Below, in pieces: positions 38,053-49,617 of a DNA stretch of 64,000 nucleotides. Position numbers and translations under genes: made by a program. Below the pieces are notes generated by a model. It made no database searches. It had not been told where the DNA came from and was given only the letters and a program-made list of their open reading frames with translations. The stretch spans positions 26,561,197 to 26,625,196 of the forward strand of contig NC_081356.1 in the NCBI RefSeq assembly GCF_030684315.1, written 5' to 3'. The stretch is from Stegostoma tigrinum. Lineage: Eukaryota. Positions within the stretch are counted from its first letter, which is position 1. The number at the start of each line of letters is the position of its first letter.

Positions 38053-40961
38053 TTCTTCAAAATCCAACTCTTTGACCAAGTCTTTGGAAGAGCTTCTAAC
38101 AGTTTCTTTGGATAAGTGTTCACTTTATCATTATGCCCCTTTAAAACATCTCAGGGCCTTGCTTCTAAATTGAAAAAGGTGCTATTATTCTTATATTGGT
38201 CTGTAAACATGTTTTTCCAAGGAGCTTAAATTACAGGAGGCAGACTGCTCACCACTCCAACTCCATTGGTTGACAGCTCCATTAAGGCCACAGGGTCTGT
38301 AGTGGACAGGCCTACAAAGAAGACAGTATGGATCCTGGAGTGAGGCAGCTCTATGGTTTTATATAAGGGAGGGTTTGGAAAGCTTAAAGAGGGGGATCTT
38401 CAGAGTTGGCAAGTGGTAAGGAAGAATATAACAAACGTGTGCACTTTGTGTGTACTTCAGATTTGAAGACATGCTTGGAAATGTTATGTCTGTGCCAAGC
38501 CAATTTTGATACGTGAACAATGTTATCAAAGTCAATTAAGCTTCAATTAGTTAGAATTGATGGTCAGACTGCCAATATTGGCAACCTTTCCTCCATAGTC
38601 TGGGGGTAAGCTGGGTGAATGGGAAGGTGATGGGCTAACTACCTACTACTTTACATGACGCCCACCAAAAACACACCTTGTCAGGGCAGGTAACATCCAG
38701 CCTACGATCCTCCTACAGAACACACTGAAACCATAATTTTGAGAAGAAAGGTGGAGGTGATTCGAGTGGAAAATTAAAACAGTCAAACCAAATTTGTTAT
38801 TCAGATTAAATAGGAGCTTGCTTGACAGAAGTTGTCAGACGAGACCTTAAATATGTTGATATGCTGGAACTAGCCATGACACATGGTGCAGTTATCATTG
38901 AAGATGAATAAAGATGATGCAAAGTTCAGTAATGTAAATCTTGAATTTTAAAAGTCCACAGTTTGTGTTTTAGAAATTTTTAGTTTGGATCATTAAGGAA
39001 AGGGTGAGGAAAGTAATATTTCCATAATTCTGAAAAGGATAAATTAGCATAATTGCAAAATCATTTCACTACTTCAACACAAAGATGGGAGGTACAAAGA
39101 TGAAAGCTCAAACAAGTCTAATAAAATAGAAGAACAATAAAATATACAAAGAGAGAATATGAAAACTTTTCACTGCAGTATAGGGACAACAAAAATAAAA
39201 CTGAATCACTGTGCTGAGAGACATGAAGATTGTGTGCATTAGGTCCCCAACTCAGGCAACATAATGACTGTACAACAGAATCATGAGACAGTAGACAGGG
39301 TTGAAAGAATAAAAAGGGAGCCACTGATGTGGAGCATCAGAGAGTAAGAGGAAAGAGCGCCAGAGAATCTTAAAACTCATGAACATATTGAGGCAGAGAA
39401 TGAGAAATTAGTTACAGCACGTAAGAAACAATTTGAGACAGTAGCTAGCATAGTCTTGTTGCAACAGTGTTCTTACTCAACATCAAATTAAACAGGCGGT
39501 AAACAATCCTTGCTACAGTTACCTTTCTCATTGTAACCAACAGAAGTGACTATTAATTACAAGATGGCTGTGCACCAGAGTCGTAGCCTAGTTAAGAAGG
39601 CCAAATCCAAGCACAAAGCATTGGAATCAGCATTTACGTAAACTGTACAGTTGCAGTGATGTGGCAGGGGAGGGGGGGGGGCGCGGTGTATGCTGCATTT
39701 TGATGCAAAAAGAGAACACTTCAGTTGTTAAGCATCAGTAACGAACCACACCAGTTTAAAACAGATTTCAAGTATTATAAAACAGAACACACGTCATTAC
39801 CAATAGTAAGACTTGATAAATATTTCAACACGTAGGCCTGATCACAATCCTTCCGTTCTGCTCTGCTCGTCTCACAACGAACTTTCGTATCTCACTTCTC
39901 ATAAGTATATATCCTGCACAAACTCTAGATACTATCACAAAAAGCTCCTAACCACCCAAAGCATAATGGACAGTCAATACTGACATTCCATCCTAGAGAA
40001 GATACGGTTATTGTTAGTAAACATTTGTTATGTAGGGAAGCTTTTCATAAGTCTTAGCTTCCAGATCATATGCAAATTGAGTAAATTTATCTTACAACAA
40101 TCGTTGCAGAACTATAACACGCTTCGTGACTTAATGTGCATTTGAGTATAAATTTTTAAAAAGTGAGGTATTATGTTGTAGTTCACTGCGATTAGTGGTG
40201 CTCGTTTCCTTCAATAGTTAACATATAATTGAAATATTGAGCTCTTGTGGCACAGTAGTTGTGTCCCTATCTCTAGAACAGGGGGGCTGTGTTCAGAACC
40301 CACTTTTTCCAGATGTGTGTAACAACATCTATGAACAGGCTGATTGGAAATATCTGTAATTGTAACTTGGAATAGTGTATATCATAGTCTTTTTGATGAC
40401 AGAACTTTGATAAAATTTGTAAATCCTGCAATAAAAATTCACTACAAGGCTCTCATTCATGGCAAGGCTGGAAAGCCCGTTACGGGACACTGGTGGAGGC
40501 ATAACAAGGACTGGAAAGCTCTGAGTGAGACTGCAGCAGTGGAAAGGAAAGTTGGAATCTCTTAAGAAATCTTTACTTTCTCATCTAAGTTAATGTGAAT
40601 GGCACCATGTATGTACGACAAAGGTGCATGCTTTTCACTGTATGTTTACATTGATTGAATCATTTATTGTCAAGTGTATTCAATCATCAGGCAACAGATT
40701 AAACAAGCAGCAGCTTCACTAAATCCACTGGGCTACGAAAAACCAATACCAGATGCTGTTTGAGATCATCTTGCACAGCATCTCACAGAAGTGAGCGATA
40801 TCCTGAACAAGAGACAGAGTCCCATTCTCAGGGATTTTTGTGGCACCAACATCATTAAAATCTTTACATTTGCTGTGCCTCTGAAGGACAAGCTAGTGTG
40901 AACTATCCTGATAAATCACAGGGAACCATACACTTTCCTGTAGAATTTCCTAAGGGCCACA

Positions 40962-41110
40962 TTAGGGGCATTTAAACAGTCCTTGGATAAGCATATGGAT
41001 AATGATGGGAAAGTGTAGGGGGAGGGGCTTAGATTAGTTCACAGGTCAGCACAACATCGACGGCCGAAGGGCCTGTTCTGCGCTGTATTGTTCTATGTTC
41101 TATGTTCTAT
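40962..41110 (+). mobile_element. short CR1 3' end
   Basis: GGCCGAAGGGCCTGTTCTGCGCTGTATTGTTCTATGTTCTATGTTCTAT tail. Confidence 0.85.
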
Positions 41111-41154
41111 ACATCACCAGAATCCTAAATTAATTCCTGACATCAAAAGTACAA

Positions 41155-42450
41155 AAAACAAAATATCACAGCATGGGGATAGGCCCTTCAGGCCAAGCCT
41201 GTGCTGACACGTAACATCTTTCTAAACTAAAATCCCCTTGCCTGTAAGCAATCCATATCTTTCTATGCCCTGCCTATTCATGTATCTTTAAAGATTCCAT
41301 GTAAATGTTGCTACCAGAAGCAAATGCTGCTTCTACAACCTCTGGCAATGCATTCCAGGCACTTGCCACCCCCTGTAAAAGAAAACTTGCTTCTCACATA
41401 TCCATTAAAAAAACTTTCCCATTTTCACATTAACTCTATGTTGTCGAATAATTGACATTTCTACCCTCAGAAAAAGACTCCAACTATCCATGCCTCAATG
41501 TTATAAAATTTCTATCCAGTCACCCCTCAGCCTCTGACATTCAAGTGAGAACAAGCCAAGTTTGTCCAATCTCTCCTCAGAGCTAATACCCTCCAAACTA
41601 GGCATCATCTTGGTCAACTTTTCTTGTACCCTCTCCAAAGCCTCACCATCCTTCTGTAAGAGCAGTGAACAGAACTGTACGCAATATTCCAAAAAGAAGC
41701 TTAACTAAAGTTCTATGCTGCTGCAACATGATTTGCCAATTTTTTGCTCTATGCCCTGACTGAAGAAGGTAAACATGCCACATGTCTTCTTGACTACTTT
41801 ATCCACTTGCATTGCCACTTTCAGGGAACTGTGGACCTGTTGGCCTGTACAGCTAGATCCCTCTATAGTTAAAGCATTCAAGAGTTTGGTCATTTACTGT
41901 ATCCTTCCAAAATGCATTATCTCGCATCTTCCCAAATTAAATTCCACCCAAGTTTCCAGCCTATCTAAATACTGCTATATCCTCTGGCAATACTCATCAC
42001 TCTCCACAGTACCCCCAATTTTTGTGTCATCTGCAAACATACTAGTCAGACCACCTATATATTTTATATAAAAGTAGTTCCAGTACTGATCCCTGCAGAA
42101 CACCAACGGTCACAGATCTCCAATCAGAAAAACACCCTTCCACCGCAACTGTCTATGATCAAGCCAGTTCGGCATCCATCCTACCAGCTCACCACAGATG
42201 CCAAGGTGAACTCTGTCAAAGACCTTGCTAAAGTACACATAGACAACATCCACTGCTCTGCCTTCAATCATCCTTGTCACGTACTCAAAAAAACTTAAAT
42301 CAAGTTTGTGAGGGTCAACCTCCCCTGCACAAAGCCATGCTGCCTATTGCTAATAAGTTCAGATTTCGCTAACCATGAGTGAATCCTATTGCCAAGAATC
42401 TTCCCTAATAATTTCCCCTCGACAGATGTAAGATTCACCAGCCTGAAATT
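41155..42450 (-). mobile_element. degenerate CR1 3' fragment; further CR1 pieces at ~42490-42820 (+), ~47683-48220 (-), ~56040-56535 (+), ~58750-59000 (+)
   Basis: Peptide remnants EYCVQF..ALERVQEKLTKMMPSLEG..LGLFSLE and MLPGLEGLNYRERLNGLGLF. Confidence 0.8.
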
Positions 42451-45400
42451 TTACATATTATCTATGTTGCCCTTCTTATACAAAGGAACAACATTGGCTA
42501 TTCTCCAGGGAATACTAATATTGAAGAACTGCTTCCATTGTTGGAATGTTAGAGAACAAAGACAACAGGTAAAGTAACTGGCAACATGAAAAAAAAACTT
42601 TTTTATTCAGCTAGTGTTCAAGATCTGGTTTGTCTTAGAATGTGGCAGAGTTAGGATCAGTCAAAGTTTTCAAGGGGGAATTGGATTGTTATCTGTGCAA
42701 AAATAATGTGTGCGATGACAGGGAAAAGGCGGGTGAGTGGCACTAGTTAAACTGCACCTACAGAGAACTGACAGATGTGTTGGTCCAAACGACATCCTCC
42801 TGTGCTGTAACAATTTCTATATTCCCTGAAGATTGAATTTTGTCACCATCTTGAATGCACTCTCCAAGCTGTTTGAAGTCACAGCATGATTATAAGGTTA
42901 GTCCACCATGTAAAGCAGATAAAGGCTCAAAAATGTAAACTTCATGATTAAGGCATTGGATGGGTGGGGATAGTAGTGCTAAGATAACAACTTTTAAAGG
43001 GAGAGAAAAATTGAAAATGCCATACCATGGATTAGTACACTGTTAAGGGAGAAACATAAATAGTGCCTAAGATGTAAATTATCTCAATATAAAGTCTAAA
43101 GTTAAACAGTTTCTTCGAATCTTCAATTTTTGATAAAACATGAACTGCCCTGGAAAAGTCTATTAATTTTCATCTATTTTGGTCACACCATATTACATCA
43201 GTATCAATGTGCACAACCTAATTTGTAGAAATGTAAAATTTAGTTTTAAAATTTACTGTGCTGTAATGTTCTATGTTAATATATGTTTAAAAACGAAAAA
43301 CAAAGTGCATGTATATAGCTGAGATAACAAAGTGTGGAGCTGGATGAACACAGCAGGCCAAGCAGCATCTTATGAGCACAAAAACTGATGTTTCAAAGCC
43401 TAGACCCGATATAGCTTCTTTCACTTCAGTAGGTTCCACACCACTATTCAACAAGTGAACAACTTGAGTACAGTCACAGTTGGAATGCAAGAACTACAAT
43501 ACAAACAGCAACATAATATGACCAAATAATCCTTTTCTTATGATGTTGGAACACAAACATTGCTCAATATAGTATAGAGGCCTCATTGCTCATCAAAACA
43601 GCGCAATGCCAAATGTGCTACTAGATGATTTTAGTACTAAGAACACTGGGAGACGATAATATCAAAGGGTATAATTCTAAAAGTAGCGCACAGACCCGAA
43701 AGGACAGATATGGTCTCAGATTAACATCTTAAACAATAGTGCAAAACATGCTTATTATGGCACTGGATTTATCAAAATGTTCCAGAGAGCAATGACATGA
43801 TGTAATTCATTTTCTTTGCCTAAAACGTGCATCTTGATATTGCACAATACATAGAATGGAAACAGGACTCTTTCATACAAATCATGAGATACAGTAAATA
43901 GTGAAACAATACGTATTTACTTATTAATATAGTTACTGTATCATGGCCAATAGTAATTAAATTGTAATCCTATAATGAAATTATTAGTGGATTATTAATG
44001 CTAATGAGAATGTAAATACTGTCTTAAATTCCCTTTAAAATTTCTTAGAACTTGACAGGTAGTTCGATTACAAGTAAAGTTCAGTATACTAAATTACATG
44101 AAAGGACAGGATCTAAAACTATGTGATGAACTGTGACTAACTCAGAACACATCTCATCAAAATGACTAACCATTGACTTCCAGGCTATTATTAACACAGG
44201 TCACCTACACTGAAAAATAAGGCATGCACATGTACATGCTTCCTCTAACCGTCAGTCTACAAAATAATGTCCATCTTTCAGGAACAAAAGAAACAGCAAA
44301 TGAATGAACTAAAACAGAAGAATGCATTTATTCAAAAATGACTACAAGAAATTTGTTAACTGACCATCAAAGACACATTTGCTCTACACATAGTTGGGCA
44401 TGGTACAAAACTGATCAAGTACAATTTCATGAACCAAAACAACTGTGTTAGATATGTCACTTCTTCCTTCATGGTAATTACCCACTTCTCCCTTGTTTCC
44501 TTGTTCCATTTGCTGGCAAGGGAAAAATGAGAGAGTGTGGTGCTAAGTGTTACAGGTGGGACCGAACTGAATACCTGAAGTTCCATTTGGATATACCTAT
44601 TTCCCTTCAGGCTCCTTACATTTACCAATCTTCCTTTTTCAAAAAGCAGAGCACTGTGAATGCTGAAATTTGAAATAAAAACAAGCACTTACTTAGAAGC
44701 TCAGACAGCATCCGTAGAAATAGAAGTGGTGCTAAATTTTCAAGGTGATGACCCTTCATCAGAACAGGTAGTGTTAAGACTGCACTGTTATCCAACCTAT
44801 TACAGACTTGACTTAGTCCCTATTAACCCATCCGCCCCTTTGCTGAAAACCATCACTCCCTACTCTCAAGCACTTTTATTAATGGTTATCAACTTTGATG
44901 CATAACTCTTTATTTTTCCATAGTTGCTGCCTGACCTCCTGAGTAATTGCAACCTTTTCAGAATTTTATTTCCTGGAAGCTGAATGCATTCTCCAGAGCT
45001 CTTTAACATAGAATAAGGGTGGTTTTACACTTTTCTAACAGAAATTGTAAGGCATAGGGGAGAAATGGGAATGCATGCCTGTAAGTTTTTCAGGTGGGAC
45101 CAAACCAAACTGAACATACGAAATGCCGCTCAAATGGACCAGTTGTTTCTAGACTTGAGGGCGAACACCTCATCTTCTGCCCAGGCATTTTACAGCTTTC
45201 AGGAGCAAATACAGTTTACCAATTCAGAACATGACTATCGTTCATGTTGTTATCCTCCCCAACCCCATTGGTCCTGTTTTGCATGTGTTGCTCCCAACAC
45301 AGCCATCCTGCTTTCAACCATTGTTACTTCTTGTTAACATCCTGCCCAGCATTTCTCTCCCTTAGCTTAATATCTGCAATCTCTGTTTACCTATCCTTTT

Positions 45401-46130
45401 TTCCATTCTCTCTCTCTCTCTCTCTGGGCACCCCACTCCCCTCTGCATCCTGTCATCAACATTAAAAAACACCCCTTCCTAGACTAATTTTAATTATGAC
45501 CATGGGTCACTGGACTCGAAATGACATTTTTTTCATTCTCAGATGTTGCCAGATCTGCTGAATTTCTCCAATATTTGTCAATTTTTGTTCTCCTCAAGCT
45601 CCTACCAATTACCACTGCGTCAGCCTTTTTTTTTATACTGCGGACGCTGGAAAACTGAAGAAGAGTTTCCTCATCAGGCCCGTAAGGAAGACTGCAGCAC
45701 GAATCGGGTCACCACCTCCAACTGAGACAGGTGAGGGGCACAGACAGGAACACGGAGACCCACGCTGCAAGGCGGAACCTCAAAGCCACGCCCCCTTCCT
45801 CACAATAGACTCACAGCGTCGCGCAAAAGCGCTTCGCTCGACTCCAGGTAACGTGGGAGCGCGGAGGGTTGGGCGTAACCCATTCCACACCAACATGTTG
45901 GGAGCAACACTGCACCCATCCCCCACCCACTTTCCTCCCCCACCACCATTGTCTCTGCCAATCACCTGCGCCGTGCTCGAGCCCGGACCACTCCTGGACA
46001 CTTGCAGGTTTCCCCCACGCTCAAAGTCACGCCCCTCCTTTCTTCCCTCCACCCCCGGGGGTGGCGCGGCCGTCCGTTGCGTCGGCTTGCGCCTCCACTT
46101 CGCCAAACCCCCCACCACCCTTTTCCTCAC

Positions 46131-46254
46131 CTGGCTGCTCCTTGAGCTTCATGATGGACAGGGTGTAGTGAGCCATGTCGAAGAAAGGGTACATGGAAAT
46201 CCGGGAAAATTGGATGACGAAATTGGTCAGCCCCAACGTCGATACGATATCCAT
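46131..46254 (-). CDS. TMEM38B: TMEM38B (TRIC-B trimeric intracellular cation channel), coding exon 1
   Basis: ATG at 46254; MDIVSTLGLTNFVIQFSRISMYPFFDMAHYTLSIMKLKEQP+G resembles the TRIC-B N-terminus (FSRxSMxPFFDxAHY...KxQPG). Donor CAG|GTGAG; 124 nt, phase 1. Confidence 0.93.
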
Positions 46255-46768
46255 TCTTAATTGTTAACAAACCCCTCTTTTTTTAAAACAATGTAGGTTT
46301 TTTTTAATGTATGAAAACAGACAGCTGTAAGGAAACTGCAGAGAGAGGCCGCAGCCGTATCGTGTTACCGGCGTTAATCCCCGAGTTTACACAAGTGGGT
46401 GTCGGATGTCTCTCTGAGCCCAGGCTGTGGCGATCGGGATGTAAGAGTGTTTGGACTAGATTGTTATGCCGACAGGGAAGCCCACCCCCGGTTCAACCAG
46501 CGATGTTGGAGAAACTGCCGCTTTTCTCTCTCTCGGGGGGAGGGAGGGTTTAAATGGAGAGCGGAGGCGCGCGCACCGAGCCTACCAGACGGGAAATGTG
46601 GAGTTGACAGTGCGCATGCGTGAGACGCCACACCGCCGGTTCAGCATCAGTATCGTTCCCATCCATTCATTCTCTGCACCCGGTCAAACACCGTCGAAGA
46701 AGAAAGTCCAGTCAGCTTTAATAGAAACAAAAATAGATAATTGGTGTGAAATCTCCACAGGTCTACTT

Positions 46769-46798
46769 CTGAAGACGGGTCACTGGACCCGAAACGTT
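46769..46798 (+). ncRNA. hammerhead ribozyme core motif (PLE pLTR-derived) at the upstream edge of the TMEM38B promoter
   Basis: CTGAAGA C GGGTC-ACTG-GACCC GAAAC GTT: CUGANGA box, perfect 5-bp stem II, GAAA box. Stem I pairing appears lost. Confidence 0.6.
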
Positions 46799-49058
46799 CG
46801 CTCTGTTTTCGCTGCACAGATGATGCCAGATCTGAGGTTTTTATTTCCTGCAATTTTTTTTAATTTCTGATTTCCTCCATCTGCAGTTCTTCAAGTATTT
46901 TTGTGGAGCCTTTATAAAGCGCTGGGGTAAATGTGCTTCTGTGTCACCTTTCATAATCTCAGGATGTCCCAATCTACTTTGTGGCTTATTATGTTCTTTG
47001 CAATTGTAGTCACTGTCATAATTTAAGGAATAGGTTGCTCAAGGAAAGCTTCCATGCCACACAATGTAATAATGACCAGGGAATGTGTGATCAAGGTGTT
47101 TGGAGGGATACGTATTGACCAGGACTCCAAGGTGACATTGCTCTTTTTCCAAATAGTGCAACAGGGACCTTGTAGGTTCACTTAAGAATACAGACAGAAC
47201 TTTAATTTAACAGCCATCTCACCTGACATATGTCATATTTGACTGTGCAGCACTCTCTATTTCAGAATTCTATGCTCAGATGCATACAGGGGCTTGAACA
47301 GCTGCATGGTTGGACAGTGGTCAGTACTGCTAGGGACCAGGGCTCGATTCCTATGTGGTGTTTGTACATTCTCTCCATGTCTGTGTGCTTTTCTGCTAGG
47401 TGATCCAGTTTCCTTCCATAGTCCAAAGATGTACAGGTTAGGTAGATTGGCCATGTTAAATTATCCCAGAGTGCCCAGGTTTGTGCAGGCTGGGTGGGTT
47501 AAACATGGCAAATGTAGGATCACGGAGATAGGGTGGGTCCAGGTGGAATGCTCTTCCGAGGGTCAGTGCAATTCAATGGGTTGAACAACTTCTATCTGCA
47601 TGGAGGAACTTACAATTCTGACTCAGGCAAGGATGTTACCTATTGAAGATGCTGAGTTACTAGTAATTCTTCTTCCTCCTATTAGAGTCATAGAGCTAAC
47701 AGCATGGAAACAGACCCATCTGTCCCACTCGTCCATGCCAACCAGATATCCTAAATTAATCTAGCCCCATTTGCCAGCATTTAGCCCATATCCCTCTTAA
47801 ACTCTTCCTATACATGACACCACCATCTACATGAAAAAGTTGCCCCTAGGTCCCTTTTAATCTTTCCCCTCTCACCTTAACCCTATGCCCTCTACTTTTG
47901 TACTCCCCCATCCTAGGGAAAAGACCTTGACTATTCACCCTATCCATGCCTCTCATGATTTTATAAACCTCTATCAGATCGCTTCTCAGTCTCTGACGCT
48001 GAATAGGAAATAGCCCCAACCCATTCAGCCTCTCCCTATAGTTCAAACCCTCTAACCCAGGCAACATCCTTGTAAATCTTTTCTGAGCCCTTTTAACAAT
48101 CTTGTTCCTATATCAAGGAGAATACAGTATGCCAAAAGTGCCTAACGAATATCCTGCTCAGCTACAACATCACCTCCCAACTCCCACACTCAGTGCACTG
48201 ACCAATGATGGCGAGTGTACCTCTCCCTGCCTCCAAATTTACTAGATCAGGTGAAATATTGATTTTACACCCTTTTGCTCTTTACTATTCCACTTCAACA
48301 TAACGTAAACTCTGGTAGGCTTTGAAAACAATATTGCCACCTATCTTAAAGTTAAACAATTGGGAAAAAGTAAATTTTAAAAAACCCTTTGGCTGAGTCT
48401 AATGTCAACAATTTGCATAAACATTTGCATTTTCCACCTTGTGAGTAAGGCCAAAGTTGTTTCTACAGTTCAAAAACAGGCCATTCAATCCACCTTTATT
48501 TCATGTTTACATTTATACTCTACAACATTCCGGTTCTATTCTACATTATTCCACACAATCAATATTTCTTCCTTTTTGCTTCATGTGTTTCTACATGTTT
48601 TCCCCCATGTGCATCTTTGCATTTCAATGTACAACGTCTCCAATTATGGTCTAATCAAGGTTCAACATGAGTTGAACATCTCTAATTCCATTTTATACCT
48701 CTAGAAATGAACCATTGTGGCTGTTTTAATAGCCTTATTATCACTGCTTTTAGTGATTTATAAATCAGTATGGCTCAATCCTGTATCAGTCTCTGACTTT
48801 TTGCCTAAAAAGCTGTTGTCTTTCTTATTCCTACCATCCTAAAGTTTGTATATTGAAATTCATTAGCCATTTACACATCTATTCTGCAAATTTATTCATT
48901 CATTTTTGTATTTTGTTACTTGCAACAAGTGGTTCTGCAACACCGATAGCTAGCTCCATGATAAATGAGGTAAAGTACTGACAGTATTTTCCCTTTCTGC
49001 ATTCTCCATTAGAAGCACATACCCTTGTTTTAATAGACTAATCCAAACCCTCACTGTT

Positions 49059-49100
49059 ACTACTACGACTACTACTACTACTGCTACTACTACAACAACA
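49059..49100 (+). repeat. (TAC)n/(AAC)n microsatellite
   Basis: Directly visible imperfect trinucleotide run. Confidence 0.85.
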
Positions 49101-49617
49101 CTCTATTGACTATTCTTCTATTTGTTCCTTCATTCTTATACCCGGTACTTTTAGATTCCTTCTTGCAGTTGTTGACTTAGAAATTCAAGTGATTATTTTC
49201 AAGCAATAGTTTGCACTTGTACATTATTTTTAAGTATTAAGGCAATTTGAAGGAGCTGTAATTAAACAGAATTTGTATAATTAAGCTGAATGCTGGATGT
49301 GAGTTTGCTCGCTGAGCTGGAAGGTTAGTTTTCAGACGTTTCATCACTTTTTTTATTTGAAAAAATATACTTTATTCATAGAATGTACAAAAAAAATTTA
49401 TACACATACCCAGTCATACAAGCCGCTCCGGGTTACCCGGGGGTACGTACACCAACTAAAGGCAAAAACAAAACAAAGAAAATAAACAAAGCAAAGAAAA
49501 TACCCCAGCAGTCGTCTCCCAACACAGTCCCCATTGGGCCCCCTGACCAGTTGGGAAAGGCGCCAGCTGGGCCCAGTTACCAGACAGGGCCCTTTTTTCT
49601 ATTCTGGACGAGGGGTT

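Larger units (their letters stand above)
45640..46800 (-). promoter_or_regulatory. CpG-island promoter / first-exon region of TMEM38B
   Basis: Sharp local rise in GC and CpG around exon 1 in an otherwise CpG-depleted window. NRF1-type TGCGCATGCG at 46611-46620; GC/KLF-box CCACGCCCCC near 45787. Confidence 0.75.

Noticed and set aside
46027-46130. Gly-rich extension of the exon-1 ORF (GEEKGGGGFGEVEAQ...)
   Set aside because: It lies past the CAG|GTGAG donor and is intronic read-through; TRIC homology resumes in exon 2.
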